Source of the DNA: a virus | Virus record (IMG/VR): IMGVR_UViG_3300025131_009739 | Location: 32,001 to 96,000 of that record | DNA: 64,000 nucleotides | Reading direction: 5' to 3' (one strand) | Shown: positions 1-8,906 of the stretch, piece after piece | Layout: every line of letters starts with the position of its first letter | How positions within the stretch are numbered: the first letter of the stretch is position 1 | Notes under the pieces: generated by a model | What the model saw: only the letters and a program-made list of their open reading frames with translations | What the model was told of the DNA's origin: nothing | Database searches by the model: none | Translations under genes and position numbers: made by a program

Positions 1-42
1 CCTCTATAATATAAGTAGTAAAATGTTTAAAAAATAATTTTT

Positions 43-3000
43 TTAATCATCAAATGCAGCTCCAGTATCGGTAATAATGAAATCAAGAGCAATGAATTCA
101 ATAGCTCTTGCAGGCTTCAAAAACACCTTAGCATATAGAATATTTCTATCAACCATCTCTGGCGTTGTCGTAGACTCATCAAGTACTACTTTGAAATCTG
201 TAAGACCAAACCCGGCTTTAATATCATTAAGGAAAGTTTCAACTTGAGAACTGAACTTATTCCAAGTTGAACGCACATTTTGCTCAAACAATGTCAATGC
301 CGCGATTCTAGAAATTTGCTTCTTCGTGTGAATCAACAATCGACGAACATTAATTCTGTCCAAAGCTGATGGAGTGACCTGAAGCGTTTTCTGGCCAAAT
401 ATTACAATTCCTTCCGCTGGGAATGAAGCAATTGGATTAACGTTTGCAGAATAAAGTCTATCTCTATCTTGAGAAGTAAGATGTTGACGAACACCTACAA
501 CATTAAGACCAGAAGCCCCCATAGTCAACCCGCCTCTTGTAAATCCAGCAGGAGCAAACCAAAGTGCTCTTTCTGCTTCACTGAAGGACATTACTCCAAG
601 AGCAACAACAGAAGGAGGCATCCAAAGAATGGCGTTTGAGAGAGAATCTCTAACTTGTACCCATGGATAGTAAGCGCAACCATAGCTGGTGTTCAAATTT
701 CTATTTTTCATGGTTGTTACAGCCTGATCAACGTTGCCGCGGCGAGCTGATTCAGCTGCGGTGCCTTCCGAATCGGCAACATGATCGTTTTTTATATCAA
801 TAATTGCCAGGGCATCCCCGCGATTCTCGCATGTAAGCATCAAATGTGCTGTAAGGGCAGAATCTGTAAGACCAGGCATGGTGGCCAAATTATATTCCAC
901 AGCCTCTGGGTCTTTAAGCGCGTCAATCGCACGATGAACTGTGTAAAATGCATAATTACTGGCTTCAGTTTTGCCCTCTAATAGCGAGTTTCTGAATGGT
1001 TCTTTCTCTGTAATATCTAAACCATCAAAACCATGAGCAAACACTGTAGTAAACCTATTGAATCGTTTAGTTTCAAGAAGGGTGCTTAAACTCCCGCTAC
1101 CATCGCTGTTGGCAGTAATCGATGTTCCAGCAGTACGACTGCCTGAAATATAATGCGCTCCGTGGCCGGTATCGCTACCACTTAAGTCTTCAAGGGTAAA
1201 CACCCACGCATCTTCAGTGTATGTTGAATCCGAATCAGGATTAAGAGCATTTGGTAGTAATCTAAGGACATCCTTAACGCTCGCATCATATTCAGTTGTA
1301 CCGCTTCTGTTTGTATCAGCTCCCCAATAAGCTTGTCGCGGAGAAGACAATCCGCCTTGAATTCCATGATGTCTCAAGGAAACTTTGGGGAAGAAAATCG
1401 AACCGGTGAACCACTTACCGGAACCTGCAACGCTGTGGGATCCGGTTGGGAACAATGCCCATTTCGCAGCTTGCGAGGCCTCAAAATGCCAGTCAATCGC
1501 ACCCGACATTAGAATGCCGTCACCTGCACCCTGAGCGAAAATCTTTGAGGCGTTGAAATGCGTAGTGGTGTCCATGGCTGCTTTGCGAATGTGGCCAAAT
1601 GCGCCACCCGGGGTGCCCCCGGCGCCCTGCTCGGCTGACCCGCTGAAAGACTTCACGCTTTTTGGTCTTTTATGGCCAAAAACTCCAACGGGGATAAACG
1701 TTGGATCCGTTGCGCCACGATCTACATCAACATTCATGTCGACATAAACAAATTTAGACATATTGGGATAGGCGCCAAATCTTTTCCATCTTCTTTCATC
1801 GTCATCCCAAGTTCGAAATTGATTACCAATTTTTCTTGCGACATAAGTGGGGGAATTAGGGTTCAAAGTACAATTTGAAAATATTTCAACAAATTGTGGC
1901 GCGTTATCAGTGTCGTCCAACTTTCGTATAGCAACTGTAAATGAACCATAAGGATCTTGCTTGTTTGTAGCAGGCTTAAGATCTTGAATTGAGACTTTAA
2001 GATTATTCTGGAGCCATTCTCCGCCGTCTAACCCTTTAAGTCTAAAAAGTTTTTGCATATTTTCAGGTTGATAAACGGCGTAGGCGCCCAGATCTTGTGA
2101 AATGAACCACCCGGTGCCGCCATGGGTAACTCCGTTAGAATCCACCATACCTATAAGGTTATTCCCCCATTTGTTGGCGCCGTCGTCTCTGCTATCTAAC
2201 CCAAGAATGATACCCTGGCTTGTGAGACCAGAAGCAAATAATTCCTCTCTATTTTGATCGAACGTTTCGCCCAGGAAATATCCTTTTGTGCTTGTTGTAA
2301 TGGTATCATTAACAAGTGTTGGGTTTGTGTTGAAAACGTTTCTAATATATCTTTCACTATTTCTATTAAAATTGAATGTAACTTTTTCTCCAACATCAGC
2401 CTGTAAAGCAGAACCGCTTCTGATAAGAGCTGTAAATTCATCGCTTCCATTTGAACCCGTGTTAATAAATATTGCCGACCCTGTGAATACAGTAGAGCCG
2501 GAATGTGGTACTGTTCCGGAAAGTTCAATACTCGTTTGATCGTTTAAATACCAAACTGCGGCCAACGAACCCGTTGAGTGACCAGAGGTGAGGCTAGTAT
2601 GTGGACTTGACCACGAATCAAAAAGAAATAATCCATAAGCACCGTTATTGGTGCCAACTGTTTTGGTCTTGGCATTTGCGCCCATGTCCCAACCGGCTTG
2701 ACCGGTGGAGTTTGCCGCGGCTTTAGAATTTTGAACACCAAGAAGCCTCACAACATTTAACGGTTGATTATTCCTCAACCAAGCTTGTGCAGCATATGCA
2801 GCATATGTAGGCGCAGTTTTGTTTCCTTCTCGCCAAACATCTCCTCCTTGGCCGCCAGGAACAGGCTCTCCAAAAATATCAACAAATTCTGAAAAAGAAT
2901 CTACCTGTACTGGCCTCATCGCGGGGCCGCGTTGCAATCGCCCAATAACAACTGGACCAATATCTCCGCCAACATTTGTACGTCGTGTATTATCAATCTC

Positions 3001-3048
3001 ATCAATAAAAACACCTGGTGAAACAAATTTAAATTTCTTAGCTGTCAT
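43..3048 (-). CDS. gp18: Contractile tail sheath protein (T4 gp18-like) with large insertion domains
   Basis: N-terminal FVSPGVFIDEID and C-terminal sheath core (YYPW, WFAPAGFTRG, NVNPIASFP, GQKTLQ, DRINVRRLL, KPARAIEFI); SD-like GAGGAG upstream. Confidence 0.96.
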   Translation of the reverse strand: MTAKKFKFVSPGVFIDEIDNTRRTNVGGDIGPVVIGRLQRGPAMRPVQVDSFSEFVDIFGEPVPGGQGGDVWREGNKTAPTYAAYAAQAWLRNNQPLNVVRLLGVQNSKAAANSTGQAGWDMGANAKTKTVGTNNGAYGLFLFDSWSSPHTSLTSGHSTGSLAAVWYLNDQTSIELSGTVPHSGSTVFTGSAIFINTGSNGSDEFTALIRSGSALQADVGEKVTFNFNRNSERYIRNVFNTNPTLVNDTITTSTKGYFLGETFDQNREELFASGLTSQGIILGLDSRDDGANKWGNNLIGMVDSNGVTHGGTGWFISQDLGAYAVYQPENMQKLFRLKGLDGGEWLQNNLKVSIQDLKPATNKQDPYGSFTVAIRKLDDTDNAPQFVEIFSNCTLNPNSPTYVARKIGNQFRTWDDDERRWKRFGAYPNMSKFVYVDMNVDVDRGATDPTFIPVGVFGHKRPKSVKSFSGSAEQGAGGTPGGAFGHIRKAAMDTTTHFNASKIFAQGAGDGILMSGAIDWHFEASQAAKWALFPTGSHSVAGSGKWFTGSIFFPKVSLRHHGIQGGLSSPRQAYWGADTNRSGTTEYDASVKDVLRLLPNALNPDSDSTYTEDAWVFTLEDLSGSDTGHGAHYISGSRTAGTSITANSDGSGSLSTLLETKRFNRFTTVFAHGFDGLDITEKEPFRNSLLEGKTEASNYAFYTVHRAIDALKDPEAVEYNLATMPGLTDSALTAHLMLTCENRGDALAIIDIKNDHVADSEGTAAESARRGNVDQAVTTMKNRNLNTSYGCAYYPWVQVRDSLSNAILWMPPSVVALGVMSFSEAERALWFAPAGFTRGGLTMGASGLNVVGVRQHLTSQDRDRLYSANVNPIASFPAEGIVIFGQKTLQVTPSALDRINVRRLLIHTKKQISRIAALTLFEQNVRSTWNKFSSQVETFLNDIKAGFGLTDFKVVLDESTTTPEMVDRNILYAKVFLKPARAIEFIALDFIITDTGAAFDD

Positions 3049-3093
3049 GTTTTACGTTCTCCTCTAGGACACAATTGTAAATGAATTCTTTAA

Positions 3094-3101
3094 TAAATAG
3101 T
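3094..3101 (-). promoter_or_regulatory. ACTATTTA motif, putative late promoter (sheath)
   Basis: Recurring intergenic motif upstream of structural genes. Confidence 0.55.
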
Positions 3102-3124
3102 TTGTGGAAGACTGAAAATCCATC

Positions 3125-3991
3125 TTAATCTCGATAAAATCCCCGCTTGTCAATATGCTCTGGGATATCTCCGACAATAACACGTTCTCTCGGTGTTTTA
3201 ACCTCAACTGCGTTCTCTCTTATAACTATTTTTGGTTGTTCTTGATTTTTCCCTTCACCGATAAGATACCCCAATACTTTAATCTCAACTTTAGTTTGAT
3301 ACATTCTTTCATCAGTCTCTAAAGAAGAGACATTATTTTCTTGAGAAAAGTCTTGTTGTATAAAACTTTCATATCTATGGTCGTCTTTTGTTAAAAGAAA
3401 ATAATTAATGCCACCAGTCTTTGTAATGAACGGAGTTATCATCTCGTTCATTTGTTGTTGGTATTCAGATCTTAGCGTAATAGCATATGTTATATCAATA
3501 TACACTGGTATTGGTATTGATATTGATTGATAAACAACCTTTTTGTTCTTTGTTGGAAAATTATTTTGCCCTCGCGATCTAAAAGAATCTGCGTTGGCAA
3601 AGTTTTTTGTTTTATCTTGATTTATCCTACGTGCAATTGTTATTGAGCCGCCTTTTTCGTCAGAAACTGGGGGAATATGCCCATAAAATATACCTTTTTT
3701 TGCCGGATCTTTAACTACTGAAGTTCTTTCGACGGTAATAACCGGCAATATAATAGAACCAGAAATACTCCTTATTTCTGATCTATTTTTTGTTTGGTGA
3801 ACTCTTTCTGATGCTACCCAAATTACTTCTGTTTTTTTCCAACCTTTGTTTGTTGTAGAATATATATTTAGATTGTTATCGATATGCTCATACATTGCCG
3901 TATCAATAGTTTCTAAAGTGGATGGTGTAATTATTCTTTCTTCAACTATGCTAGGGTCTGCAATGCCTGTATGTTTATGTCTAGTTGGCAT
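3125..3991 (-). CDS. Putative tail completion/terminator protein (gp15-like)
   Basis: Lies between neck genes and sheath; LPVITVERTS and PxYIDITYxI...QQMNEMI pattern; start placed at ATG 3991, which overlaps the upstream stop (TAATG). Confidence 0.6.
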   Translation of the reverse strand: MPTRHKHTGIADPSIVEERIITPSTLETIDTAMYEHIDNNLNIYSTTNKGWKKTEVIWVASERVHQTKNRSEIRSISGSIILPVITVERTSVVKDPAKKGIFYGHIPPVSDEKGGSITIARRINQDKTKNFANADSFRSRGQNNFPTKNKKVVYQSISIPIPVYIDITYAITLRSEYQQQMNEMITPFITKTGGINYFLLTKDDHRYESFIQQDFSQENNVSSLETDERMYQTKVEIKVLGYLIGEGKNQEQPKIVIRENAVEVKTPRERVIVGDIPEHIDKRGFYRD

Positions 3992-4479
3992 TAGAAAAGC
4001 CCCTCGCGAGCACGTATGCATTTAGCAGTTATTTCCATTCTATTGTTAATTTGGCCAAATAGTTGTTTTGGTTCGTTCAGGGAAACAATCTCATAATGAA
4101 TCTCGCCATACAGAACAAAATCTCCCTCTCTTACAAATAAATTTTGGTCTTCAGTTAATCTTCTCTTATGAAAATGAACGATTATCGAACTTTGTTTGTC
4201 AACACCAACATTGCTCATCCAAGCTGTTTCTAAATTTTCCCATTCTACTAAAGCGTAAACTCTTATTGGAGGCAAAAATGTCTTCTCAATCGCTTCTCCG
4301 TATAATGAATGAAAATTGGTGTGTTCTATGCTTATAGGATAATATAAAATTTGTTGGCCTATAACTCTTTCAACAAGCTCATCATTAACCTGCTTTACTA
4401 GATCGCGTTCCTTTTTTCCAACAAACAATGGTGGAGGAGGCTGAGTTGGTTGAGACCATTTATTTTTTTCGCTAGCCAT
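3991..4479 (-). CDS. gp14: Neck / head-closure protein (gp14-like)
   Basis: IGQQILYY...SLYGE...REGDFV pattern; directly follows the gp13-like gene. Confidence 0.7.
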   Translation of the reverse strand: MASEKNKWSQPTQPPPPLFVGKKERDLVKQVNDELVERVIGQQILYYPISIEHTNFHSLYGEAIEKTFLPPIRVYALVEWENLETAWMSNVGVDKQSSIIVHFHKRRLTEDQNLFVREGDFVLYGEIHYEIVSLNEPKQLFGQINNRMEITAKCIRAREGLF

Positions 4480-4488
4480 TTTTTAAAT

Positions 4489-5808
4489 TTATCCTACAAA
4501 TATTGTCATTGGAATTTTTTGTTGAACATTTTTAGTTGATTCAAGTATTGTAGCGTCTGTTTCTACTAGTTTGCTGTAAGTCAGTTCGTCAAGCGTAGTC
4601 TTTAGCTCCTCCCTTAACTTTTCTTGTTCGTCTTTTGCTTGAGATAGTAAGTCGCTCGCATTTAATGTTACAGATTCTCCTGGTATTGGGATGGTTTGAA
4701 ACTTGCCTCTAACCTGACCTAACATTTCCTTTGTTAAAGATAAAGCAAATCTACGAATCCACTGTTTACCAATAGAATTGATACTAGAATATGGTATATT
4801 TGCAAATGGAATTGTGTTCATATTGTTAATACCATCGGTACCCATGGTTCTATCATGATCTGCGTCATCCCATGCATCCTCATCTATTGTAAACTTAAAC
4901 CATATTTTAGTTGGCCCCACTTTGGCTGAAGGTGGGAAAAGTCTAAGTTGATTATTTTTTAATTCATAGGAATAATGCGAATTTCTTGTATAAATTGCGC
5001 TTTCAAATGCTTTAGACTGAAGCTTGTTTTGCCACACTGGAACGATTTGAAACTGAGAATCATCTGCCCATTGGCCATAAGTCTGAAGATTGCCAACTGT
5101 GTTTAGGCCTCCATAATACCCATAAAATCTCCACATTGCATGAGGTGTTTTATAATAAACTTGTCTAATTGTAATCTTTCTCTTGTCTGCTTTATTATAA
5201 AAAGGAAAATAATCATTATCTGAATCAACTGATGCAGAATAAATAATGGCTTGCAAATCATAATCCTGTTGACCTTGAGCAGTGCCAAATGAAGCTGAAT
5301 ATTCAAATTTATCCCCTCCGACTCCAATTTCGTTGCCGACACCTAGGCTAACTCGTTTTTCATATGAGAGTCTAAATCTAGAATATTTTAAAGCTGCCCC
5401 TGCTCCTGCATGTACAAACTCCCCATCTTCTACTTGTCCGTAAGACAGGCTGGAAGAAAGAGGAGAATTGTTCTTTAATTGACCTCGCCAATCGAAAGAG
5501 CCTGTTGTGTCTCCCAAAACACTTCCCAGAACATTCTTTGTTTGATGTATGTTAACAATATAAGAATATTCTAAAACAGATTCTTCATAAGCTGCGTAAA
5601 CATTTGAAGATGATAATTCAATATCTAATACATCTCCACCTAATTTTTTATAGGTATATGCGACTTGGGCTGCAGCGCCTTCTAAGAATTCAGCAGAGCC
5701 AGTGTACATGCCGAAAGGCACTACTGAAGATACATGGCCGGCGGTCCCAGTGGCCGGAAGCCTTACTGCGCTCGTCGTACTTGATGGTGATAAAGTTGGA
5801 ACTGCCAT
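4489..5808 (-). CDS. gp13: Neck / head-tail adaptor protein (gp13-like)
   Basis: KLGGDVLDIEL N-terminal motif and WIRRFALSLTKEMLGQVRGKF...PG..VTLN C-terminal motif; downstream of the MCP. Confidence 0.8.
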   Translation of the reverse strand: MAVPTLSPSSTTSAVRLPATGTAGHVSSVVPFGMYTGSAEFLEGAAAQVAYTYKKLGGDVLDIELSSSNVYAAYEESVLEYSYIVNIHQTKNVLGSVLGDTTGSFDWRGQLKNNSPLSSSLSYGQVEDGEFVHAGAGAALKYSRFRLSYEKRVSLGVGNEIGVGGDKFEYSASFGTAQGQQDYDLQAIIYSASVDSDNDYFPFYNKADKRKITIRQVYYKTPHAMWRFYGYYGGLNTVGNLQTYGQWADDSQFQIVPVWQNKLQSKAFESAIYTRNSHYSYELKNNQLRLFPPSAKVGPTKIWFKFTIDEDAWDDADHDRTMGTDGINNMNTIPFANIPYSSINSIGKQWIRRFALSLTKEMLGQVRGKFQTIPIPGESVTLNASDLLSQAKDEQEKLREELKTTLDELTYSKLVETDATILESTKNVQQKIPMTIFVG

Positions 5809-5831
5809 TCATTGGATTCTCCTGTACACAC

Positions 5832-5839
5832 TAAATAGT
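5832..5839 (-). promoter_or_regulatory. ACTATTTA motif, putative late promoter (gp13)
   Basis: Sits just after the MCP terminator, about 24 nt before the gp13 ATG. Confidence 0.6.
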
Positions 5840-5881
5840 TTGACATGAAAGTAAAATCCTTGATATAGGACATTCTTATAT

Positions 5882-5910
5882 AAAAAAGCCCCGGGCCGAA
5901 ACCCGGGGCT
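5882..5910 (-). terminator. Rho-independent terminator after the major capsid gene
   Basis: Minus strand AGCCCCGGG-TTTCGG-CCCGGGGCT followed by a T run, about 30 nt after the MCP stop. Confidence 0.92.
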
Positions 5911-5942
5911 TAGATTAGTCTAACTTTTCGAAAAAAGCTATT

Positions 5943-7760
5943 TTAGACTAGGTCAGTCACAACAACAAGACCGTACATATCTGCACGAACCATCTTCTTG
6001 GCGTAACGCGTCATGACACCCTTGCGGGGCACGAAGTCTTCTACACCGAAGATTGTAGGAGTGACTTGAAGTGGTACATATGGAGCATACACATACCCAC
6101 TTTCAAGGAATGATCCGCCCTTGCGTCCAACAAGAACAAGATTCCTAGTAAAGTAAGGATCAACGTATACGTCCCACTTCTTGCTAAGGCTACCAGTCTT
6201 GACAGTGCCAACCGTACCTCTGTCAGCATCACCTGTTACATCGGCGCGGAAGCCAGCTGTGAATTCAAGAATATTAGCAACCTCGGGACTCACTACGATA
6301 AAGTTAGCCCCACCGCGAAGCGTCTTACGATGGATCTGAGCAGACACATCGTTAATGGTCTCGACAAGAGTCTCATACCATTCAGACACAGTACCGGTGA
6401 AATCAGGTGCTGCAGTAGCAGCGCCTACTTCTTTACCGGTCAAGCGGGCAACAAACTTACCAGCATGGCGTGACCAATAGTACGTACCAGCAGTAGCACC
6501 CTTCACAAGATCCTCAAGAATCTCGCGATCAATTTCAAGAGCAATCTGCTCTGAAAGGATACCAGTAAGCTCAACCTCTGCATCGAGGTTGTGATACGCA
6601 TTAAGGTCCTGACCGAGTTCCGGAGACCATTTGGCCTTCAGTTTCTTGGTCATCGCCGTCACAGACACGCTATCGACTTTGATATCGATCTCGGGAATGT
6701 CGGCATCAGCCTCAAGTCCCCACTGATCTTGACCAACGATAGAACCAATGGTGTTTCCAGCGGAAGCAGCAACAGTTCCCTCGAAGTTGTCAACAATCGG
6801 GAAAGAGAAGTTGTGTGTATAGCCAACTGAGCTTGACACGTTAGCGATAGAACCGGCGGAGGCCACTGGAATCGCTCCAGCTGCCTCAGTTACGGTAGAA
6901 CCACTATTGGCAAAGATAATAAGCACCTTAGTCTGCTCTCCTGCTGTTTGAGTAGGATCAAGACGGGTCAAACGACGTACCATATAGCCAGATTTAGTAG
7001 CTCCAGGCTCATAATCAGAAGCACTAAGCGCAACAAGATTGTGCTTATTGATTCTGGTGCTATTGGTAGCATCTACCAAGGACGAGAGCGGAACTGTTGC
7101 CGCTACATATGAAGAGCCAGAAAGATCTGGATCAAACTGTACCAGCTTATCAGCAAGAGCAGTATAAGTGGCACTAATGTCTTCCTGGGTGGAAGCTAGA
7201 CCCGAATTTGACGTTGCCTCGCCAATTCCAGCGGTACCAGAAGCAACAACCGTCACTACTACACTAGACGCACTACCAGTTGGGGAAGAATAACCATTAT
7301 TCAAGGAATAAAAGCCATCTTCAGCGTTCTCATCATCAAGGTTCATACCCCCAGTGATTTGCTGACCAACTTTACCGCCGCCAAAAAGTGACTCGTTAGC
7401 TACGAGATCTAGACGATTTTTATTAAACTGAAAGTCTAGAAAGAAAATGAGTCCAGACGGGAGACTCATTGGCTGCACAGATACAAGATCATTAGCAATG
7501 AGCCCACCAAAAACTCGGCGGACAATCGGGAACGCGACGGCTGCAAAGCCTTCCACGTCACCACCAGCGCCCATAGTAGAAGCCTCGCGAAGAAGCTCCT
7601 TGGCCTGGTTTTCAAGAAGACGAGCCATGCCATTACGCGTGGAGTCCTCAGTAAGACCTTCTAGAAGTCCGGTTCTTTCCCACTTCTCAAGTAGGGTAGC
7701 ACCTTCTCTCTGGAGGTCTCTATTAACAATACCCTCAGTAAGGGTTTCTAAAACAGACAT
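5943..7760 (-). CDS. gp23: Major capsid protein (T4 gp23-like) with a long Ser/Thr/Ala/Gly-rich insertion
   Basis: VQPMSLPSGLIF, KLKAKWSPELGQDLNAYHNLDAEVEL, EIDREIL, YAPYVPL, PRKGVMTRYA; strong SD AGGAGG. Confidence 0.97.
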   Translation of the reverse strand: MSVLETLTEGIVNRDLQREGATLLEKWERTGLLEGLTEDSTRNGMARLLENQAKELLREASTMGAGGDVEGFAAVAFPIVRRVFGGLIANDLVSVQPMSLPSGLIFFLDFQFNKNRLDLVANESLFGGGKVGQQITGGMNLDDENAEDGFYSLNNGYSSPTGSASSVVVTVVASGTAGIGEATSNSGLASTQEDISATYTALADKLVQFDPDLSGSSYVAATVPLSSLVDATNSTRINKHNLVALSASDYEPGATKSGYMVRRLTRLDPTQTAGEQTKVLIIFANSGSTVTEAAGAIPVASAGSIANVSSSVGYTHNFSFPIVDNFEGTVAASAGNTIGSIVGQDQWGLEADADIPEIDIKVDSVSVTAMTKKLKAKWSPELGQDLNAYHNLDAEVELTGILSEQIALEIDREILEDLVKGATAGTYYWSRHAGKFVARLTGKEVGAATAAPDFTGTVSEWYETLVETINDVSAQIHRKTLRGGANFIVVSPEVANILEFTAGFRADVTGDADRGTVGTVKTGSLSKKWDVYVDPYFTRNLVLVGRKGGSFLESGYVYAPYVPLQVTPTIFGVEDFVPRKGVMTRYAKKMVRADMYGLVVVTDLV

Positions 7761-7785
7761 AATTTTTCCTCCTTTTAAACTGTTT

Positions 7786-8787
7786 TTAAGAGATACCAGC
7801 TAAAGTTTTCCAACGATCTTTAACTGGATCTAGTTTCTTTGTCTCACTGTTACGGCGAGGCAAAGTTGTTGAAGAGCGTTGAATTACTTCGCTTAGTGAT
7901 TTTGGAGTTCGCTTGCGCGAAGCTCCCACAGCGCTTTGAAGCGTTTCATAAATAACTTTTGCTTCTTCAACCGAATCAGCCTTAGACAGAGCTTCGACAA
8001 TTTTATTTCTTTGTCGCTCATTCAGGGAGGTGCCACCCAAAACACGATTCGTGTACAAAAGCTTAGCATTTGAAAGATTTACTTCTTCAAGTTTTTCTTT
8101 CAACTGCATAAGCAAGTTCTTATATTTTTTGTTTTTCTCTAAAAGTTTGTCATTTTTTGAAGTTAAAGATTCAGCTTTTTTGAGATACTCTTTTTCTCGC
8201 GCAAGTGGAAGTGGATTTTCTTCTTCTTCCAGCTCTTCCTCTTCAGCTTCTTGCGCAAGAGCGATGTCCGCATTTTCTTTATCACGTATACTATTCGAAC
8301 CACCTCCAGGAACGCCAGATGGAACTTGTTTGATATCAACTGTCAAGGCTTCAAGAATATCGGCTAAATCTTCTTCGCTCAACTCAATTTCTCCACCTGT
8401 TTCCTCTTCCTCCTCTTCTTCTAATTCTTCAGCCAAATCTTCTCTATCAATTAGTTCATCAGGATTCATGTCCTCGTCTTGAAGATCTTCTGCTAATTTT
8501 GTTAGATCAATGTCCACTACTTCACCAGCCGAAGGACAAGGACATAGATCAGTTCCTTCTGTGGCTGCAGATGGTACATCAGGGGTTTCTTCTTCAGATT
8601 CCTCATCTTCCATGCCTCCCATTTCTTCTTCCGCAAAAGGATCCTCCACTGGCTGTTCCAACAAAGAGCTAACAGCCTCTTTGATCTCGTGAGAATACTT
8701 CTCAACAATCGCTGATTCAGCATTTTTTAACGCTGCTTCTTTCAAAGCTTCGGCATCAATAATAGCCTGTTCTAACATTTCTGACAT
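7786..8787 (-). CDS. Prohead core scaffolding protein (gp22-like)
   Basis: Highly acidic, coiled-coil, immediately upstream of the MCP; NLSNAKLLYTN motif; SD AGGAG. Confidence 0.8.
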   Translation of the reverse strand: MSEMLEQAIIDAEALKEAALKNAESAIVEKYSHEIKEAVSSLLEQPVEDPFAEEEMGGMEDEESEEETPDVPSAATEGTDLCPCPSAGEVVDIDLTKLAEDLQDEDMNPDELIDREDLAEELEEEEEEETGGEIELSEEDLADILEALTVDIKQVPSGVPGGGSNSIRDKENADIALAQEAEEEELEEEENPLPLAREKEYLKKAESLTSKNDKLLEKNKKYKNLLMQLKEKLEEVNLSNAKLLYTNRVLGGTSLNERQRNKIVEALSKADSVEEAKVIYETLQSAVGASRKRTPKSLSEVIQRSSTTLPRRNSETKKLDPVKDRWKTLAGIS

Positions 8788-8817
8788 TTAATTAACTCCT
8801 AGAAAAATATGCATAAA

Positions 8818-8825
8818 TAAATAGT
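8818..8825 (-). promoter_or_regulatory. ACTATTTA motif, putative late promoter (scaffold-MCP)
   Basis: About 30 nt upstream of the scaffold ATG. Confidence 0.6.
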
Positions 8826-8906
8826 ATGTTTGAACAGTAAATGACATTTTATATTTTATTCCAATTTCTTAATTCTTTCTTATATATATTCAATATGCTG
8901 AAGATT

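Noticed and set aside
3992-4021. Longer upstream starts given by the ORF track (4021, 11648, 13049, 25764, 27023)
   Set aside because: Internal ATGs with SD sequences or stop-start overlaps fit better and avoid long overlaps with neighbouring genes
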